Below are positions 1 to 9,200 of a stretch of 64,000 bases of DNA, one piece after another (the first letter of the stretch is position 1; every line of letters begins with the position of its first letter). Origin of the DNA: Candidatus Woesearchaeota archaeon (GTDB lineage Archaea; Nanobdellota; Nanobdellia; Woesearchaeales; UBA583); contig OZ242164.1 of NCBI GenBank assembly GCA_965205335.1, positions 704,001-768,000 on the forward strand, given 5' to 3'. The position numbers were made by a program, and so were the translations under genes. The notes below the pieces were generated by a model that saw only the letters and a list, made by a program, of their open reading frames with translations, was not told the origin of the DNA and ran no database searches.

Positions 1-284
1 CTTATTTCTCTATATTTCTTTGCACCAAACCAAAAAGTCATATACTCATAATCTAAAACCGTCTTATCAGAAAGAGAAATCTTGCCATACACAAACCTTG
101 ACTCCTCAAATCGTAAAAACGGTTCAAACGACAATTCCTTATTAAAAAACTCTAACTCCTTAACATCATCAATACTCATCTTAGACTTTAACCCCACAAT
201 AATATCTTTTCTTATATTCTTCTTCTCTACAAAGACTATCTTTCTGAAATTTCTCTGCTCAAACAAAAACCCCAAATATCCCAT
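1..284 (-). CDS. Hypothetical protein, partial (runs off window)
   Basis: Hand translation from ATG 284: MGYLGFLFEQRNFRKIVFVEKK..., open to position 1; divergent from udg. Confidence 0.6.
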   Translation of the reverse strand, partial: MGYLGFLFEQRNFRKIVFVEKKNIRKDIIVGLKSKMSIDDVKELEFFNKELSFEPFLRFEESRFVYGKISLSDKTVLDYEYMTFWFGAKKYREI

Positions 285-342
285 AAAATAACTTGTTATA
301 AAAAAACTTATAAATTAACTCATTTAAGAATTACTTAGGAGG

Positions 343-993
343 ATGAACAAAAAATCCAATGCGCAGTTGCTAAAGGAAATTGAACAAGACATTTTAGATA
401 ATATGAAATGCCCTCTAAAAGATAATGCAACTAATTTAGTTTTTGGCAAAGGAAACCCCAATGCAAATATAATTTTTATCGGTGAAGCTCCGGGAGAAAA
501 CGAAGACTTAGAAGGACTTCCATTTGTCGGGCGTGCAGGAGCGCAATTAGACAAACTGCTTAATACCATAAACCTTGGAATTGATGATGTTTACATCGCA
601 AACATTCTAAAATACAGACCCCCCAAAAACAGAGACCCAACAATTGATGAAATAAAAAGACACACACCATATTTAATCAAACAACTTAAAACTATAAAAC
701 CCAAAGTTGTTGCAACACTTGGAAATTACTCAACAAAATTTATTCTCTCAGGGTGCAAACCTGACGAAATGAAAAAAATTCAAGGGATAGCGTCACTTCA
801 CGGAAAACCCAAAAAATTAGTCTTTAACGATATAGAATTTGTAGTTGTTCCAATCTATCATCCTGCGGCAATGTTATACAGACCCCAACTTAAAGAAGAC
901 TTAGAAAATGATTTTAAAACAATGAAGAAAATAATTGATGGAAAACTAAACATAGAAAGAGCCCAAAAGGACAAAAGTTTGAATGAATCCTAA
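343..993 (+). CDS. udg: Uracil-DNA glycosylase, family 4
   Basis: [16 protein letters not shown] and HPAA motifs; AGGAGG precedes the ATG. Confidence 0.92.
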   Translation: MNKKSNAQLLKEIEQDILDNMKCPLKDNATNLVFGKGNPNANIIFIGEAPGENEDLEGLPFVGRAGAQLDKLLNTINLGIDDVYIANILKYRPPKNRDPTIDEIKRHTPYLIKQLKTIKPKVVATLGNYSTKFILSGCKPDEMKKIQGIASLHGKPKKLVFNDIEFVVVPIYHPAAMLYRPQLKEDLENDFKTMKKIIDGKLNIERAQKDKSLNES

Positions 994-999
994 ACAAAA

Positions 1000-1575
1000 C
1001 TATAAATTATCCAATTCATAATTTATTATAGTTATTGCCTGAGATGTAAAATAAATCTGCTCCCCTAATGATAACCTATTCACATTCTTTTTAAGATACT
1101 TCTTTGTTTTCTTATCAAACCCATCATAATCTCCAAGTATGAAAACCCCATTTTCCAATTTTTTCTTTTGAATTTTCTTTATATGCTCTCCTGCAAAATC
1201 AAGAATAAACCTCTCCTCATTATTTTCCTCAAACTCCTTTATCAATTCTTCAATTGTCTTAGAATCAACAAATACTCCACCACAAACCTCTTTAATCTGT
1301 CCCTCGCGAGCCTTCCTTAAACACATCTCTATTATCTTTTTAAGATTCTTCTTTGAAATTACATTCTCCTCATCATACTTAATAGTAATATGCCTTGGAG
1401 CATTTGGAGGTCCCATCATAATCAAATGCAACTCAACATCACAACGATAAGTATTTGATGCAAACATCGCTGAAATAATAGAATGAAGAAGAATATCAAT
1501 TCTGCCTGATGCCTTAAGATCTGAGATTTTTGGAGAAGTTGATGCTCTCTGTGAATAAACTATGAACTTTCTCAT
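1000..1575 (-). CDS. trmY: tRNA (pseudouridine54-N1)-methyltransferase, SPOUT family
   Basis: MRKFIV...SGRIDILL, FILGDYDG, LSLG..YFTSQAI motifs. Confidence 0.85.
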   Translation of the reverse strand: MRKFIVYSQRASTSPKISDLKASGRIDILLHSIISAMFASNTYRCDVELHLIMMGPPNAPRHITIKYDEENVISKKNLKKIIEMCLRKAREGQIKEVCGGVFVDSKTIEELIKEFEENNEERFILDFAGEHIKKIQKKKLENGVFILGDYDGFDKKTKKYLKKNVNRLSLGEQIYFTSQAITIINYELDNL

Positions 1576-1668
1576 TCTTGCTCCTCTTTCACAACTAGTG
1601 AACTCATTTAAAGTTTTGAATTAATAGTTATTTAAATTGTTTTTCCTATCAAGTTTCATAGATTATCA

Positions 1669-2406
1669 TCATATTTTTCTAATGAAAACTAAAAATGCTG
1701 TATGGTCAATTTCTTTTCTAAAATTTGGTCTTGCAATTCTTCCTGACACTTTCCAATTTCTAAGAACCACCTCAGAAATTTCCTCTAAATACAAATCTTC
1801 CCTACACTCTACTGAATTTGCAATATCAATTATCTGAGTAACAGATGGAACATAACATACTACATAATGCCCTGATTTTAACCCTGATAGATTTTTTTCA
1901 AGTATAATCTGTGGATTTGGCATATCTAAAAATAACATGTCAAAATTCTTTTCCCTATGAATTTTCTCACCTAAATCCAAATTAACAACCTTAATATTTG
2001 AACAATTATTCACTTCAATATTTTTATTTACTATATCACAATAATCTTTTCTGATTTCATACGTGCGAACTTCCTTACAAATTCTTGAAAAAAACAATGT
2101 AGCTCCTCCGCTACCTCCTCCTGCCTCTACAATTATAGAATCCTTTCCAATTCCAGACCTTGCAGCAATATAACCCAAATCCTTAGGAGTTACAATCTGA
2201 GGCCCCCTTTTAATTTTCTTGGATTTGTCATAAGAATTAGCCATAAAACACAACAATTTCCTATCTGTATGAGTTTTAACAATTCCTCCAGAATTTTTTA
2301 ATCCCTCAAATTCTTCTTTTTTCACAACTCCTTCTTTGCAATGAAAATCTCCATCACCATTAAAATAATAGGTATTCCCCTCCTTTAAACTAATTAAAAC
2401 TCTCAT
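1669..2406 (-). CDS. trmI: tRNA (adenine57/58-N1)-methyltransferase (GCD14/TrmI)
   Basis: RGPQIVTPKD, EAGGGSG, LFLDMPNP, HTAFL motifs. Confidence 0.9.
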   Translation of the reverse strand: MRVLISLKEGNTYYFNGDGDFHCKEGVVKKEEFEGLKNSGGIVKTHTDRKLLCFMANSYDKSKKIKRGPQIVTPKDLGYIAARSGIGKDSIIVEAGGGSGGATLFFSRICKEVRTYEIRKDYCDIVNKNIEVNNCSNIKVVNLDLGEKIHREKNFDMLFLDMPNPQIILEKNLSGLKSGHYVVCYVPSVTQIIDIANSVECREDLYLEEISEVVLRNWKVSGRIARPNFRKEIDHTAFLVFIRKI

Positions 2407-2716
2407 TATCAGAATAGAAGATATTAGTAATTATTTATATAATTATTTACAATATAATCTTGAAAATATTTGAGAAGTAAGAATTAATTGCAAACCTATA
2501 TCTTTATTTTTTTGAGGATATATTATTAAAAGTTAAAATATTAGTATCAGAAGAAGTCTGAGTCTAAAAATTCAAACTGGACTATCTTTATATTATAACT
2601 TCCAATATGAAAAAAATCGTCGAATAATCTTTAAATGATGTCCTCTATCATGACCTCTAAAGTGTATCAAATAGACAAATCAGGTTAAATCCAAAAAGTT
2701 TATAAATATTGGGCGA
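2407..2716 (+). promoter_or_regulatory. AT-rich CRISPR leader with BRE/TATA box (AAAAAG-TTTATAAA, about 2693-2706)
   Basis: Non-coding, directly upstream of repeat 1; archaeal TATA consensus; direct repeat ATG(T/A)CCTCTA at 2638-2647 and 2650-2659. Confidence 0.7.
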
Positions 2717-3138
2717 GTTTAATAGAATATACAAATTTCTACTGTTGTAGATTCGGGGTTCATCCTGTGGCTCAGTCGGGAGTTTAATAGAATATACAAA
2801 TTTCTACTGTTGTAGATTTAGCAATTTGACAGCCACAGAGAGAAATAGTTTAATAGAATATACAAATTTCTACTGTTGTAGATGCGAACCGTTGGGATGT
2901 GTTAGGTATTGTTTAATAGAATATACAAATTTCTACTGTTGTAGATTGATAAAATAATCTCATATATTCATTAGTTTAATAGAATATACAAATTTCTACT
3001 GTTGTAGATCCCCCTAAATTACATTTTGGACATGAATTGTTTAATAGAATATACAAATTTCTACTGTTGTAGATCAATGGTCTTGAAGTACCATAACAAT
3101 TAGTTTAATAGAATATACAAATTTCTACTGTTGTAGAT
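2717..3138 (+). CRISPR. Type V-A CRISPR array: 7 identical 36-nt repeats GTTTAATAGAATATACAAATTTCTACTGTTGTAGAT, 6 spacers of 27-30 nt
   Basis: Repeats start at 2717, 2782, 2848, 2911, 2974, 3039, 3103; 3' end AATTTCTACTGTTGTAGAT is the canonical Cas12a crRNA handle, which fixes + orientation. Confidence 0.99.
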
Positions 3139-3157
3139 TCTTAGATATCAAATAATC

Positions 3158-3430
3158 TCAAACAACAACTAAGTCTTCTTCCTCATTCTTTGCATATCCA
3201 AACCTTAAAATCTCACAAGAATTAGACAAACAAAAAATCAACACACTATCACTCTGCTCAAACTTCTTCTCAAACTCTCCTTTTAATCTTGATATGACAA
3301 CTTCCAAAACTCTTTTGCTATTATTAATTTCATACACTGAATACTGCAATCTTCTCCCATATTCCATAATAAACTTAGAAAACTGCGTTCTTAATTTATC
3401 ATCCTTAATATCATAAGCTAAAATTATCAT
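3158..3430 (-). CDS. cas2: CRISPR-associated endonuclease Cas2
   Basis: AYDIKDDKLR...RLQYSVYE, 90 aa, next to array. Confidence 0.97.
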   Translation of the reverse strand: MIILAYDIKDDKLRTQFSKFIMEYGRRLQYSVYEINNSKRVLEVVISRLKGEFEKKFEQSDSVLIFCLSNSCEILRFGYAKNEEEDLVVV

Positions 3431-4401
3431 TTTGGATCCTCCAAAGAAAAAACAGGAAAATCCTTAACATCTCTATCTTTCATTACAGAACGATAATACT
3501 GCTGAACATATAAAAATATCTTCTCTTTATGCTTCAAAATCTCTTTCAAAAAAAACTGTGAATACTTTTTGTTAAACTCTCTTTTAACAAAATATTGTGT
3601 GTTCTTAATTCCAAAATCCACCTCATTAATCTGTTTTAAATTAAACCCTTTCTTAATTTTCCTATCAATAATACACCTGAAAGGTTCAATAATGTCGCAC
3701 ACCAATGATTTTCTCTGATAGAATAACTTATGGTAAAATCCATAGTAAATATCAAAACCATACAATCCCAAGTTCGCCTCAATAAAATTAAACAAATATG
3801 AATATCCAATATCAAATAATAAATTAAAAATATCTTCTCTAACTCTTGGTCTTCTTGCGTTAAAATCTAAATTTTTAAAATAAACTTTGAAAAACAACTT
3901 GGAAGCATTCCCTTCAATACCCAACAATTCATTATTATTTTTGGATTTCTCAATGCTCCCTATGAAAAACTTGACTTTTGCAATAGCTTTCTTCTCTTGA
4001 GGTGTTTTGTATCTTAAAGAGTTCATCAAAGAAAGTTGGTTCATAACTTTGTTCTTGACTATGTGCTTTGAAATTTCAAAATCATTTTTGCTCATGTACT
4101 GTTTCTTACGCAATAAGAAATTCCCTTTATTATCTGGAACTACGCTAAAGTATGGTTTCAGGTTAAAACCTAAAAAGACAATTGGAAAAGCAAATTTTTT
4201 GGCATTTTTTATCAGAACAGAAGTAATGCTAAATTCTCCTACAACAAAAACAACAAAAATCTTATGGCAGGAATGCTGCAATAATGTTTTATTCTCTTCA
4301 TCAATTAACACTAAATTTGAGTTTCTAAATTTTAGTTTTTTTGAATTATCACTCTCTATTAGAAGAATTTGCTTTGTCATAAAATCAGGTCTACTCATCA
4401 T
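3427..4401 (-). CDS. cas1: Type V CRISPR-associated integrase Cas1 (likely start MMSRPDF at 4401/4398)
   Basis: LLGIEGNAS, N.LFDIGY, GFYHKLFYQRKSLVCDIIEPFR motifs; overlaps cas4 stop and cas2 start. Confidence 0.96.
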   Translation of the reverse strand: MMSRPDFMTKQILLIESDNSKKLKFRNSNLVLIDEENKTLLQHSCHKIFVVFVVGEFSITSVLIKNAKKFAFPIVFLGFNLKPYFSVVPDNKGNFLLRKKQYMSKNDFEISKHIVKNKVMNQLSLMNSLRYKTPQEKKAIAKVKFFIGSIEKSKNNNELLGIEGNASKLFFKVYFKNLDFNARRPRVREDIFNLLFDIGYSYLFNFIEANLGLYGFDIYYGFYHKLFYQRKSLVCDIIEPFRCIIDRKIKKGFNLKQINEVDFGIKNTQYFVKREFNKKYSQFFLKEILKHKEKIFLYVQQYYRSVMKDRDVKDFPVFSLEDPK

Positions 4402-4957
4402 TTTTATAATAATCACATAACTCCCTATAAATGCACATTTTACACTTGTTTGGATTTTGTGAAAAACTTTCATCCTCCAAATCAAAATTTTTCATATCAA
4501 AAATAATTTTTTTTAAGTTTTCTTTATCCTCATTTGTTGGCAAATTGATTTCAAATCTTTTATTATCGCTTAGAGAATGGAAACACAAACTATTGATTTT
4601 ATAACCCATTTCAGTTAAGCAAAAATATTGAGCAAAGATTTGCAAAAGGTATCCATCATATATTTTTTTGATTTTCTTTTTTCGTTCAATTAATTGTTTC
4701 TTGTCTAAATCCAGTAAATCTATTTTTCCTGCAATTTCTAATTCATCACTATAAACATCAATTCCCTGAAGAATGGATTTCTTGGAAGAATATTTTGTCT
4801 CATCAATAGTTTTATGTGCATTTCTTCCCTCCTGCTGATAAGAACTATGAAACAAAGTCTCATCATAATCTGAATATAAATTATGAAAATATATACTTCT
4901 TGGACAGAAAGTAAAATCATTCAAATTTGAGATCTTAATGTAATCTTCCACTTTCAA
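4391..4957 (-). CDS. cas4: Type V CRISPR-associated Cas4 (possible GTG start at 4951)
   Basis: ISNLNDFTFCPRSIYFH, GKID, ERKK, CKMCIYRELC Fe-S cysteines. Confidence 0.95.
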   Translation of the reverse strand: MKVEDYIKISNLNDFTFCPRSIYFHNLYSDYDETLFHSSYQQEGRNAHKTIDETKYSSKKSILQGIDVYSDELEIAGKIDLLDLDKKQLIERKKKIKKIYDGYLLQIFAQYFCLTEMGYKINSLCFHSLSDNKRFEINLPTNEDKENLKKIIFDMKNFDLEDESFSQNPNKCKMCIYRELCDYYKNDE

Positions 4958-6134
4958 TTAATCTCTCCACATCTTCATAGTTTTTAATAATTTGCTTATT
5001 CTTCCTCTTTATTCTATCAAATAAATCTCTTTGCTTTTGCGTTAATTCTGAATTGTCATATTTTACTTCAATTAAATATTGTTTTGTCACAAAATCAATT
5101 TCAACCCCATTTTCCAAATAATAATTTATATCCTCAAACGGTTTTCTGTTCTTATGCAGATTTATAAAAACTAAATTCTCAAAGGAGTTTCCTTTCTCAA
5201 AAGGAGATAAGATATTCTTTAAGCCATTATCTATAATGTAAAATTTTTTAGGAGAAGTTATATTTTCATTTCTGCTTCTTGAAGATTTCTCACAAGAGAA
5301 GAACAAATAAGTTTTCTCAAAGTAACTTATATACCTTTTCACTGTTTCTGGCTTTATTTTTAATATATTTGAGAGTTTATTGTATGATGTAGGTTTTCCA
5401 ATTCTTGAACATAGGAGTTTGAATAATTCTTTTATGGTTCTCTCATCTCTTATTTTATAATATAAAATTATATCTTTTTCAATAATGGAATTTACGACTT
5501 CTATTAAATATTGCGGGTCTTGTTCTATTGTATATTGTGGAATTCCTCCTCGTTTTAAGTATTCTTCAAAATATTTTTTGTTTAGACTTTTGTCATATTT
5601 TTGAATGTTTAAGCCTCTAAATTCTAAGAATTCTTTATAATTTAAGGGATACACTTCAATGGTTGTTGTTCTTCCTGTTAGGAATGCTTTTTTATCATCA
5701 AGGTAACTTGCATTTGAGGAAGAGCATAGAACTTTTAAGTTCCAAGAGTCATATAAGTTTTTTAGTTGTTGGTTAAAGTTTTCTAAATAATTAATTTCAT
5801 CAATAAATAAGTAGAAATCTTCATCAAATTTTATATCGTTGATTTCTCTGTATGTGTCGATTATTTCAAAGATAGTTTTGCCTGTGAAAATGATGTTATC
5901 GCAACTTAGGAATAAAATTTTTTGAGGGGATACTCCTTTTTGGTTTATTAAATGGTTTATTGTTTGTTTCATTAGGGTGGTTTTTCCAACTCTTCTCATT
6001 CCTGTCAGAAATAGGATTTCTTTTTTGTTTAGGTTTTCTAAAATTCTTTTGAGGTATTCTTCTCTTATATGTCCTTCTTTGTTAGAATAATTATTCTTCC
6101 AATGAGGGTTGAATCTGATTAATGTTTCTTCCAT
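4935..6134 (-). CDS. AAA+ ATPase (AAA_14/DUF4143-like) with winged HTH and C-terminal PD-(D/E)xK-like motif
   Basis: Walker A GMRRVGKT, Walker B FIDEI, GGIP, HTH SYNKLSNILKIKPETVKRY, EIDFV...IEVK. Confidence 0.88.
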   Translation of the reverse strand: MEETLIRFNPHWKNNYSNKEGHIREEYLKRILENLNKKEILFLTGMRRVGKTTLMKQTINHLINQKGVSPQKILFLSCDNIIFTGKTIFEIIDTYREINDIKFDEDFYLFIDEINYLENFNQQLKNLYDSWNLKVLCSSSNASYLDDKKAFLTGRTTTIEVYPLNYKEFLEFRGLNIQKYDKSLNKKYFEEYLKRGGIPQYTIEQDPQYLIEVVNSIIEKDIILYYKIRDERTIKELFKLLCSRIGKPTSYNKLSNILKIKPETVKRYISYFEKTYLFFSCEKSSRSRNENITSPKKFYIIDNGLKNILSPFEKGNSFENLVFINLHKNRKPFEDINYYLENGVEIDFVTKQYLIEVKYDNSELTQKQRDLFDRIKRKNKQIIKNYEDVERLIESGRLH

Positions 6135-6155
6135 ATAGTTGTATGTATATGATTA

Positions 6156-6221
6156 TTTATAAAGGTGTCGCCCTATAAGGAGATAGTTTTGGTTAAAAGT
6201 GTCGCCCTATAAGGAGATAGT
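6156..6221 (-). promoter_or_regulatory. TATA box (TTTATAAA 6156-6163) plus two identical 23-bp pseudo-palindromic repeats GTGTCGCCCTATAAGGAGATAGT (6165-6187, 6199-6221)
   Basis: Exact direct repeat, 34-bp period; core TCnCCnTATAnGGnGA has dyad symmetry; TATA lies 22 nt before the ATPase ATG. Confidence 0.75.
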
Positions 6222-6234
6222 CTGGAAGTGTCAG

Positions 6235-9200
6235 TTAGTTTTGGGTGTTACTCAGTTTTCCAATGTCCTTATAATCTTTTATTTTCTTTGCAACATTATA
6301 AGTAGCAACTTTATCAGGGTTATCAATTTCTTTTAAAAATTCATACTTTCCACTTATACTATCAGTATCAAAAACACATTCACTATTCTTATGTTCACCA
6401 CATAAATACCTACGCTCCTTCAATTTCAAGTCTTTTATAGTCCTTCCTTTATCATTATTGTTTTTATCCCAATTCCATTGCTTCTCACAATAAGGGCACT
6501 CAGCACTTGTTCCCATCTTACTTACAAAAATAATTGCTCCAAACTGCTCAGAGTAATTTTTCATTTTATTTGTAATCTTCTTTTCCTGTTTTTTACCTAA
6601 TTCTTCTTTTCCAGTTTCCTTCTTTATTTCCTCTCTAAGTTCATTCTCCCTACCCTTTCTCAAATCCTCTCTAATCTCAATCAGATTCTTAATATGTGGT
6701 GGAACTAATCCCAATGTCTGAAACTTGTTAAACAAACTAAACTCCAACCTTCTTGAAATATTAATATATAATTCTTTAAAATGTTTATCAACATCACCAA
6801 CGTTCAAATCCTCTAAAATAACAAATCCCGGATATTTCTTCTGTAAAAAACTAATAACTCCTATCATATTAGCAACAACAGAATCTCTTAAATGATTTAA
6901 TTTCACAACAGATGGTTTATGTTCACTATCCTCTTTTTCTTTAAGTTCTTTCAAATACTTCTGCAAACTATTAAAGATATTCTCTTTTGTGTACTTGAGA
7001 TTATCCTTAACCAACAAACCCTCAAATTTCTTATCAAAAAAATAAATTTCCTTACCATCTAATTTTAAAGGAATTGAATCAACCTCACTCTTTTCCTCAT
7101 CCCATTCTAATTTTGAGTCTTTATTACAATCGTCAAAGATTATTCTCTTAACTCCTTCTTTTTTAAGCTTTAGAAAAGTCAAGACATCTCCATTTAAAAT
7201 AATTTTATCTTTAATTACCTTTGCAGTTGTCAAATCTATGCAAGTGCAGGTTTTTTCATCAAACCAACTCCTATCATCAGTTCTGTCAATAAAATAAGAA
7301 AGATTAGCAATAACTCGTTTTTCTTTTATATCTGTAAAATTAACCATCTTTGAACTCGGTTTTTCTCTTTTATCATAAAATCCCTTCTTTAACTCATAAC
7401 ACTTAATGTCTTCTTCACCTTGTGGAAATTTAGGTTTAACTAATGTGTCTCCATTAACTTCATAAGTTTCGTTCTTATCAAATTTAGCAATGCACAAAGT
7501 CGCAAGTTCAATTTGTCCCCTATCAATTCCATACTTGTAAAAATCATTCCAATTTCTTTCGTTAAATTTATCATTAAACTTATTAATCTCTTCTAATAGT
7601 TCTCTTGTTTCTGCAAATGCTAACTCAGGATATTTCTTACCTGCATTTAAAGAAAAACTCGTAGTTAATGTGTATTTGTCTTCTAAATTTCTATGTTTGA
7701 TTTTATCTAAATCAAAATCCTTATCTATTAAATATTGTCTTAATTCTGCATTCTCTTTTCTAAGATATATTTTTATTTCAGGATTTATCCTAATAGATTT
7801 ATCACGCTCCCAGAACTTATTCCATATTTCTTCTGTGTGTCTTTTATAATTACTTTCAGGAGTTTGATGAGTGTTTTTATTTCTATTCTCCAAGTCATAA
7901 GAAGTAATCTTACATTTAATTATGGAATGATTATCAATCAATTTATTTAGACTCTCATTTGAAATTGAAATCTTTCTCCAATCATAACAAGCATTCTCCA
8001 ACTCCAATTCAAAATCATTCAAATTATTAGTTTCAAGAACTTTTGTCAAATCAAAATGTTTTAAGTCTAATCTTTTTTTAGTATAATTGCTCCTTAATAC
8101 ATTTTTCAAAAATGGAAGCATTAATTCACTTTTTAATTTCTCATCATAATTTCTCCTCTTCCTTTTTTCTAACTCATCTTTATCATCTGTTGCTTTTTTC
8201 ACTCTTTGAAGTTCATTACACAAACTTCTATCTTCTCCTTTCATCTCACTCGCAAAAGTGCTCTCCTCTGCAAAACATAATTTATGAAGTGCTCTTTTTG
8301 TTAAAGATTCCAAAACCCAAATATTATTATCACTTCCTGATTGATTGACTTCTAATTCCTTCAACTCATCCTTAACCTTCCTTCTCTCATCTTTTGGCAC
8401 TAACAAAACAAATTTATCATTTTTATCTTCCAAAAATAAAACCCAAAACTTATTATTCTCTGCTTCAATTCTCTCTCTTTCAATCCCTTTGATTTGTGCT
8501 TTTAGTCTCCCATATCCCAAAGAAATTCTTTTAAAACTCTCTATAAGTCTCCACCAATTTTTAAAATGTTTGTTATCAACTCTTCTATGTGTTTCCCTAT
8601 CAAAATATTTTCTTTTAATCAAAAAGTCTCCTCTTCCTTTTTTCAATTTTTGAGCATCAGGTTTACTTCCATAATTACTGTACTGATTTGCTCTGTTATT
8701 TAATTCAATTTTCTGCGTGAGATTTTTAACTTCCTCAATATGTTGCCTATTCCCAAAAAGAAAAAATCTGTTTTCTAAGTTCTCAAGACTTTCTTTTTTA
8801 CATAATTCAAAAAATAAACTTTTCATCTCTGCTTTCAAATCTTTTATTAAAGTTTTAATTCCAAAAATATCAAAATAAACTTTGTTCTCACTTGAACTCC
8901 TGATTTGTTTATACTCTTCTAAAAATTTAATTTCCTCACAATTAGGTTTCTCTCCAAAATTAAAATCACCAAATCTCCCAATCTGTAAAACTTTTGAATT
9001 CTTATCATAATAGTATTTCTTCTCATCTAACTGTTCCTCAACCATCTTTATTTCTTCTTCATAATATTCCTTTGGTTTTTTATTCACAGTATAATAATTC
9101 ATACTTCCTTTTGCAATACATAAACCTACACTTTGAGAAGGCAGGTACTCCTCTTTAAGCATCTCTAATTGCTTTCCAAATTTATCAATATCTTTTGTTA

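Noticed and set aside
2753-2781. Spacer 1 resembles the 16S rRNA 5' motif GTTTGATCCTGGCTCAG
   Set aside because: Needs a 2-nt gap and mismatches, and flanks do not match; likely chance
2947-2973. Spacer 4 shares AAATAATCTCA with sequence after the last repeat (3150-3160)
   Set aside because: Only 11 nt of AT-rich identity; not a credible protospacer
4402-4485. N-terminal extension of Cas1 in the ORF track
   Set aside because: Overlaps cas4; MMSRPDF is the more plausible start
6165-6221. 23-bp repeats as a mini CRISPR array or tracrRNA
   Set aside because: Only 11 nt between copies and no similarity to the array repeat; V-A needs no tracrRNA
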